A stretch of 64,000 nt of DNA from an uncultured Thermoplasmatales archaeon (GTDB lineage Archaea > Thermoplasmatota > Penumbrarchaeia > Penumbrarchaeales > Penumbrarchaeaceae), in NCBI GenBank assembly GCA_964563055.1, contig CAZLVP010000002.1, positions 101,552 to 165,551 of the forward strand, given 5' to 3'. Position 1 is the stretch's first letter; each line of letters begins with the position of its first letter. A model generated the notes under the pieces. It ran no database searches. It saw only the letters and a program-made list of their open reading frames with translations, and was not told the origin of the DNA. Position numbers and translations under genes: made by a program. This document shows positions 59,531 through 64,000 of the stretch, one piece after another.

Positions 59531-60514
59531 GTGGTACCTATGGTAACAGGACAGGACAGGGTCGAGTGCCCGGACTGCGGGACAGTGGTCCAGAGGAAGA
59601 ACATCAAAGCGCATTACCGACGGCTCCACCCGAGACAGGACCCACAGAGGAGGTTGAGGGAGGCGAAGGGGGGTGGAACCCTCTCGGACCATAAGCTCCA
59701 CATAACCGATGTGGTGGGGATGGTGCTTGCGGTGATTGCGGTCTTCATCCTCATCGCAGCCGGGGTCCTCTTCGTGACCAAGCTCCAGCAAGGTGAGAGC
59801 AAAGGCAGGCCCTCTAGGGACCTCTTCTTTGCCTCGGACGATGGGGCAGTGATAAACGGGACGTTCTATCCTGCATCGGAGGATGGGGCCCCCACGGTCT
59901 ATCTTTTCCACGATATTGGCCAGGACCGGTCAGTGTTCTCGGAGTTCGCTCCCTGGCTGGTCAAAAGAGGGTACAATGTCGTTGCTCTGGACCTAAGAGG
60001 CCATGGCGAATCGGTCTATAATGTCAAGACCCCGACGATAAGGTACGATCATACGATGATGGGGCATACGGACTTCTTGAACTTCCAAAAGGACCTGCTC
60101 GCCGCCCAAAAATGGGTCTCTGGCTTCGATGAGGGTGGAAAGAAGAATACCGACGCCGGGAAGGAGAGCTCCTTTTTCGGTCTCGGAAAGGGCGGTCTCT
60201 ACGGCTTAGACCAGGCCGCAAGGATGACATCGCAAAGGATGATGTCCGCGGTGGTCATATCGCCCACACTTGACTGTTACGCCCTGGACGTCCCGCAGGT
60301 GGCCGAGAACTGGGGCGATGTCCGTCCGGTCCTGTTCGTCGCCTCGGACGGGGATGGGAATTCAATGGCGGCCTTGGACGTCATGATGGCGAGACGTTCG
60401 GAGAACGGTAGGGAACTGGTCCTTCCCGGGACCCAGAGCACGCTTGATATCCTAGGGAGCACCAGTCTTAGAAGCATGACGGTCGATATCATTAAGGATG
60501 GTATTGCCCTCTAA
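59531..60514 (+). CDS. Alpha/beta-hydrolase (dienelactone-hydrolase-like) with an N-terminal C2H2-like zinc finger and one TM helix
   Basis: CPDCGTVVQRKNIKAHYRRLH. TM VVGMVLAVIAVFILIAAGVLFV. The hydrolase core has HD..GQ and DLRGHGES. Confidence 0.6.
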   Translation: MVPMVTGQDRVECPDCGTVVQRKNIKAHYRRLHPRQDPQRRLREAKGGGTLSDHKLHITDVVGMVLAVIAVFILIAAGVLFVTKLQQGESKGRPSRDLFFASDDGAVINGTFYPASEDGAPTVYLFHDIGQDRSVFSEFAPWLVKRGYNVVALDLRGHGESVYNVKTPTIRYDHTMMGHTDFLNFQKDLLAAQKWVSGFDEGGKKNTDAGKESSFFGLGKGGLYGLDQAARMTSQRMMSAVVISPTLDCYALDVPQVAENWGDVRPVLFVASDGDGNSMAALDVMMARRSENGRELVLPGTQSTLDILGSTSLRSMTVDIIKDGIAL

Positions 60515-60529
60515 GGGGTGTTCGATCCC

Positions 60530-61090
60530 TCAATGGGACCTCTTCCTCGATCGGCGAAGCAGTGGTGCAAGCAACAGCGGGGAGAGGGCCAGGAGGGGGA
60601 AGGGTGACTCGTTCTCATCATCGTCATCATCATCCACCGGTCCATCTTCCTTAAAGTAGACCGTTATCTCCTTTGAAGAGCCCTTGACCGTGCCAGATGT
60701 CCCGTCAGTAGGTGTGCCAGTTGCTTCGACGTGGAACCGGATGTCAATGTAGGGGAGGTTGCCTTCATCCATCACTGGGAAGGGGCCTATGGTGACCTTG
60801 TAAAGGCCGGATGCGTTGTCGAGCGTCATCACTGCGGTCTCTGGGAGCGCGCAGTAGGTCTCAGTGCAGAGACTGTGCTTGAGCACGACGGACCCGGGCC
60901 CGAGCTCCGCCTTTGAGGCGACCACCTTGGCCGAGACCGTGATGATATCGGTATGGAAGGGAGTGGAGGGGGTGTAGATTAAGGACGCATCGTCAACGAC
61001 CACTACGGCACCGTCGGCTCCCTGAGGCCATATCGCCATAAGCAACACGGTGACCAGGAGCAACATGGCCAGGCAATATCTCTTGAACAT
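60530..61090 (-). CDS. Secreted protein with a signal peptide and a C-terminal PGF-CTERM-like sorting signal
   Basis: N-terminal LAMLLLVTVLLMAIWPQGADG. C-terminal DDDDDDENESPFPLLALSPLLLAPLLRRSRKRSH (acidic linker, P-F, hydrophobic stretch, basic end). Confidence 0.5.
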   Translation of the reverse strand: MFKRYCLAMLLLVTVLLMAIWPQGADGAVVVVDDASLIYTPSTPFHTDIITVSAKVVASKAELGPGSVVLKHSLCTETYCALPETAVMTLDNASGLYKVTIGPFPVMDEGNLPYIDIRFHVEATGTPTDGTSGTVKGSSKEITVYFKEDGPVDDDDDDENESPFPLLALSPLLLAPLLRRSRKRSH

Positions 61091-61222
61091 GAATGCACCA
61101 CATCCTCCTCAAGGGGCTAGAGGGTATATATCCTTGACCTTTTGGGGGCAACCATGTTGGTTGAAGGAAAACGTTTTAATCGAACGAGGCGATAAGCTAC
61201 ATCGACCTTCCTGGGCCGGGGG

Positions 61223-62149
61223 ATGCTCCTTATGATGAGCGAGAACGAAGCGATAAAGAACAAGCTGGTGGAGAGGTCGGCCGACCTCGAGGTGGCCAGG
61301 AACAGATGGGTTTTCGCTTTCATTGCCACCGCCCTGTTCTTCTTCATAATCCTGGGCATATACCTCTCGCCGGCATCGGAGCTCTCCACTCAGAACGAGA
61401 GGTCCTACTCCATTTCCAAGAACAGCTACGACCAGAGCGGACGGATCGACGCGGTGGCGATCCCGACCCTCTATCAGATATACTTCGATTTCGACCTTGA
61501 TGAACAGCTCTCCGGCGAGCATGCCAGGGTCTACGTCTATATCTTCAAGGACACCATGCCGGACCTCTCCCTTGACACGACGGGGAACGACCTTCACGAA
61601 TTCCTCAAGTCCAGGGCCGTGAGGAACTCCTCCCTCACCAATTCCAGGACGGAGCTCAACTGGGAGCTGGCGTTCAGGGATTCCGACACGAACACGTTCT
61701 ATGTCATGTTCTACAATCCTGACAACCCCGACGACCCCTATGACAACCTTGACGTTATCTTCAATATGAACGTCTATTACGAGCCAATGCTCCCTCTGGT
61801 CCCCATATTCTTCGTGCTGGCCTTCCTGATCATCCTTCCCATAGCCATCATAAGGATATACATCATCAATCAGAAGAAGAAGGAGCTCAGGGTGCTGCTC
61901 TCCCTTGACCTGGCGAACCTCTCCGACGAGGACAAGGTCAGGCTTGGCATCCCTATAACCCCCAAGCAACCTAGGACAGCCGCTCCCTCAGGTCCACCGA
62001 AGGTCGTACCGACCTATTCGCAATCTTCCACATATTCCGCACCGCCACCGTCCGCGGTCCCCATGGTCCCCGGCTCCAAACCTCCGGTCAGGTCACAGCC
62101 CAAGAGCGCAAAGCCAAAGGACGGATATATGACGGTCGATGATCTCTGA
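61223..62149 (+). CDS. Bitopic/two-TM membrane protein with an ecto-domain and a proline-rich cytoplasmic tail
   Basis: TM1 WVFAFIATALFFFIILGIYL. TM2 LPLVPIFFVLAFLIILPIAIIRIYII. Tail PKQPRTAAPSGPPKVVP...PPVRSQPKSAKPK. The minus-strand ORF 61109-61969 is judged to be its antisense shadow. Confidence 0.5.
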   Translation: MLLMMSENEAIKNKLVERSADLEVARNRWVFAFIATALFFFIILGIYLSPASELSTQNERSYSISKNSYDQSGRIDAVAIPTLYQIYFDFDLDEQLSGEHARVYVYIFKDTMPDLSLDTTGNDLHEFLKSRAVRNSSLTNSRTELNWELAFRDSDTNTFYVMFYNPDNPDDPYDNLDVIFNMNVYYEPMLPLVPIFFVLAFLIILPIAIIRIYIINQKKKELRVLLSLDLANLSDEDKVRLGIPITPKQPRTAAPSGPPKVVPTYSQSSTYSAPPPSAVPMVPGSKPPVRSQPKSAKPKDGYMTVDDL

Positions 62150-62200
62150 TGTTCCAAAGGCTCAAGATAACGATGTTCAGGGTCCCCCTAAGGAGGTTGG

Positions 62201-63502
62201 TTGATGACAGAGGAACAGATCGCGCCTATAGTAAAGGAACTGAAGGAGGCGCTTCCGGAAGCGGACGAGGAGGAGCTTTCAAGGGAGCTCTCCCGTTATA
62301 TAAGGTTCGGGATTGTCCCCCAGGAAGCGAAGAAAGCAATATTGAGGAAGATGGGGGTCAAGGAACCCGCTAGGACATCGATCGGTCATAGGACCCTCTC
62401 AGAGCTCCAAGGCAACGAGATAGGGGTCGAAGTCACGGTCAAATGCCTTTCTGCCAATCAGAGGCTCCAGATGACCCAGAACGGTGAAAGGACCCTCTCT
62501 ACGGGATTGGTCGCCGACGAGACCATGATACGAAGGTTCGTCTCCTGGGAGGGACATGCCCTGGAGAAGGGCAGGTCCTACATGATCAAGGGTGCGTCCG
62601 TGAGGACCTTCAGGGGCGAATTGGAGCTGAACCTGGGGTCCTATGCTGTCGTGGAGGAAGCCCCTGAAGGTACCCTTTCTGGACTGGATGTCTCAAAGCT
62701 GCCCAGATACGGGGCATTGGTCGAGCTCTCCCTCCGGGACCTGCGGGCCGGTCTGGGCAACGTATTCGTGAAGGGGAAAGTCCTCTCCGCCGAGAAGAGG
62801 CAGATAGAGACAGAGAAGGGGGCCAAACGGATAGTCGACGGGATGCTTGCGGACGATACCAAACGGGTCAGGTTCACATCATGGCACGATTTCGGTTTCG
62901 AGGTGGGCGACGTCATCTCCGTCAAGGGGGCGTACGTCAAGGATTGGAGGGGGATACCCCAGCTCAATTTCGACGAGAGGGCAGAGGTGGAGAAGCTACC
63001 TGATGTCGACTTCGATGTCATGAGGACACCAAGGCTCGCCGCCGAGGAGCTCCAACAGTCGGGGGCCTCAGATGTGGAAGTGGCCGGGACGGTAATAGAG
63101 ATAAGGGACGGTTCGGGCCTGATATTCCGGTGCCCGTCCTGCAACAGGGCCCTTGCGGGGGGCAGCTGTACGGTCCACGGGCCCCAGGAGGGGGTAGTGG
63201 ACCTTAGGACGAAGATCATCATTGATGACGGAACTGGCGCCCTTTCGGCAATTCTCAACACGGAGCTCACGGAGCAGGTCCTGGGCATGTCCGTCAAGGA
63301 ATGCGAGACCAAGTACTGCGACAGCGGGTCCAAGCTCATCGAACATCTGGTCCAGAAGCTCTTGGGTAGGGACCTTGTCCTCAGGGGGAATGTGATGAAG
63401 GACGAGTTCGGGCCCAACATGCTCCCGGCGAAGCTCGATGATGATATCACGGACCCTCTGGACGAAGCTAGGAAGATGCTTTCCTCCATGGAGGTGCCCT
63501 GA
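62201..63502 (+). CDS. rpa: Replication protein A (ssDNA-binding, multiple OB folds plus a C4 zinc finger)
   Basis: OB-fold beta patterns. CPSCNRALAGGSCTVHG zinc ribbon within the last OB fold. 433 aa. Confidence 0.75.
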   Translation: MMTEEQIAPIVKELKEALPEADEEELSRELSRYIRFGIVPQEAKKAILRKMGVKEPARTSIGHRTLSELQGNEIGVEVTVKCLSANQRLQMTQNGERTLSTGLVADETMIRRFVSWEGHALEKGRSYMIKGASVRTFRGELELNLGSYAVVEEAPEGTLSGLDVSKLPRYGALVELSLRDLRAGLGNVFVKGKVLSAEKRQIETEKGAKRIVDGMLADDTKRVRFTSWHDFGFEVGDVISVKGAYVKDWRGIPQLNFDERAEVEKLPDVDFDVMRTPRLAAEELQQSGASDVEVAGTVIEIRDGSGLIFRCPSCNRALAGGSCTVHGPQEGVVDLRTKIIIDDGTGALSAILNTELTEQVLGMSVKECETKYCDSGSKLIEHLVQKLLGRDLVLRGNVMKDEFGPNMLPAKLDDDITDPLDEARKMLSSMEVP

Positions 63503-64000
63503 TGGCAAGGAACAGGGAAGTGGCGAAGCGGGTCTTTGCCATCGAGTACAACAGGTCCGCCCATGAGGACAAGGCCACCGAGGAGAACGCCCCCAATTAT
63601 GTGATAACCCCTCTGGGGGACCCGGTCAACAGGCTTTATTTCGTTGGCGTCCTGATGTCCAAGGTCAACAATGGTTCCGAGGATTCTCCCCTCTACAGGG
63701 CCGAGGTAAGGGACCCGACGGGCACTTTCTATCTGTACGTGGGGCAGTACCAACCCCAGCCTCTGTCGGTCCTTCCAACGCTAGAGCCACCGGTCCTCCT
63801 TGGGGTCGTGGGGAAGGTGAGGACCTTCACAAAGGATGATGGTTCCTTCTATGTTTCCATCAAGCCCGAGGTCCTCTTCCCTGTGGATATTCCGCAGAGG
63901 GACAGATGGATCGTCTCGACAGCTAAGCTTACAATGGAGAGGCTGAAGGCCCTCAATGACGCCCAGGCAATGGACGAACCCGCTGTCGGACCGCTTATGG
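63502..64000 (+). CDS. RPA-associated protein (RPA2/RPAP-like, OB fold), 3'-partial at the window end
   Basis: Its ATG overlaps the rpa stop (ATGA). The LYFVGVLMSKV...AEVRDPTGTFYLYVGQY OB-fold pattern is typical of COG3390. Confidence 0.5.
   Translation, partial: MARNREVAKRVFAIEYNRSAHEDKATEENAPNYVITPLGDPVNRLYFVGVLMSKVNNGSEDSPLYRAEVRDPTGTFYLYVGQYQPQPLSVLPTLEPPVLLGVVGKVRTFTKDDGSFYVSIKPEVLFPVDIPQRDRWIVSTAKLTMERLKALNDAQAMDEPAVGPLM

Noticed and set aside
61109-61969. 286-aa minus-strand ORF
   Set aside because: It is antisense to 61223-62149, which has two clear TM helices and a proline-rich tail. The minus-strand product is a low-complexity E/G/V/R-rich shadow.
1-64000. Search for CRISPR arrays, tRNA and rRNA genes
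   Set aside because: No repeat-spacer periodicity is visible and no tRNA-like cloverleaf candidates are present in the short intergenic gaps. Besides the SRP RNA locus, the only ORF-free stretches are short promoter regions.

Overview
This 64 kb window is high-GC (about 58%), gene-dense archaeal chromosome. I read it as a euryarchaeote, plausibly Thermoplasmata-like. The supporting calls are an Hsp70 grpE-dnaK-dnaJ operon, a split lipoate-protein ligase (LplA-N/LplA-C), RPA plus an RPA-associated protein, an SRP RNA, TrkH and CTP synthase. Both strands are almost fully coding. I found no rRNA, no tRNA, no CRISPR and no obvious mobile elements. Several high-confidence housekeeping genes anchor the annotation: dnaK, dnaJ, pyrG, trkH, nfo, a Bcp peroxiredoxin, a NAD-epimerase, a serpin and RPA. 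Between them lies an unusually rich set of cell-envelope genes. Three are giant secreted proteins with a C-terminal TM anchor: 1508 aa (partial), 1168 aa and about 2060 aa. There are also several smaller bitopic membrane proteins with proline-rich cytoplasmic tails, an A24 prepilin-peptidase-like gene, and a possible PGF-CTERM-like substrate. The most important feature missing from the ORF track is a roughly 335-nt SRP (7S) RNA gene on the minus strand, in the ORF-free gap 31.5-31.9 kb. A 52-aa rubredoxin at 15175-15333 is also missing from the track. The most notable observations are these. GrpE carries an N-terminal alpha-crystallin-like (sHsp) domain, and an inverted-repeat operator candidate overlaps its promoter. 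A membrane-anchored inhibitory serpin has a predicted P1 Arg. An archaeal radical-SAM gene overlaps the split lplA genes and may be a LipS-type lipoyl synthase. Two translationally coupled paralogous polytopic membrane proteins sit upstream of a sugar epimerase. A KaiC-like ATPase forms a small module with two zinc-ribbon proteins. Two genes have a clearly recognisable N-terminal domain (a zinc ribbon and a wHTH) that lies in frame but upstream of any start codon. That points to either assembly indels or non-canonical initiation. A very AT-rich promoter island drives the largest surface-protein gene. All functional assignments are from motif-level reading only; no database search was possible.
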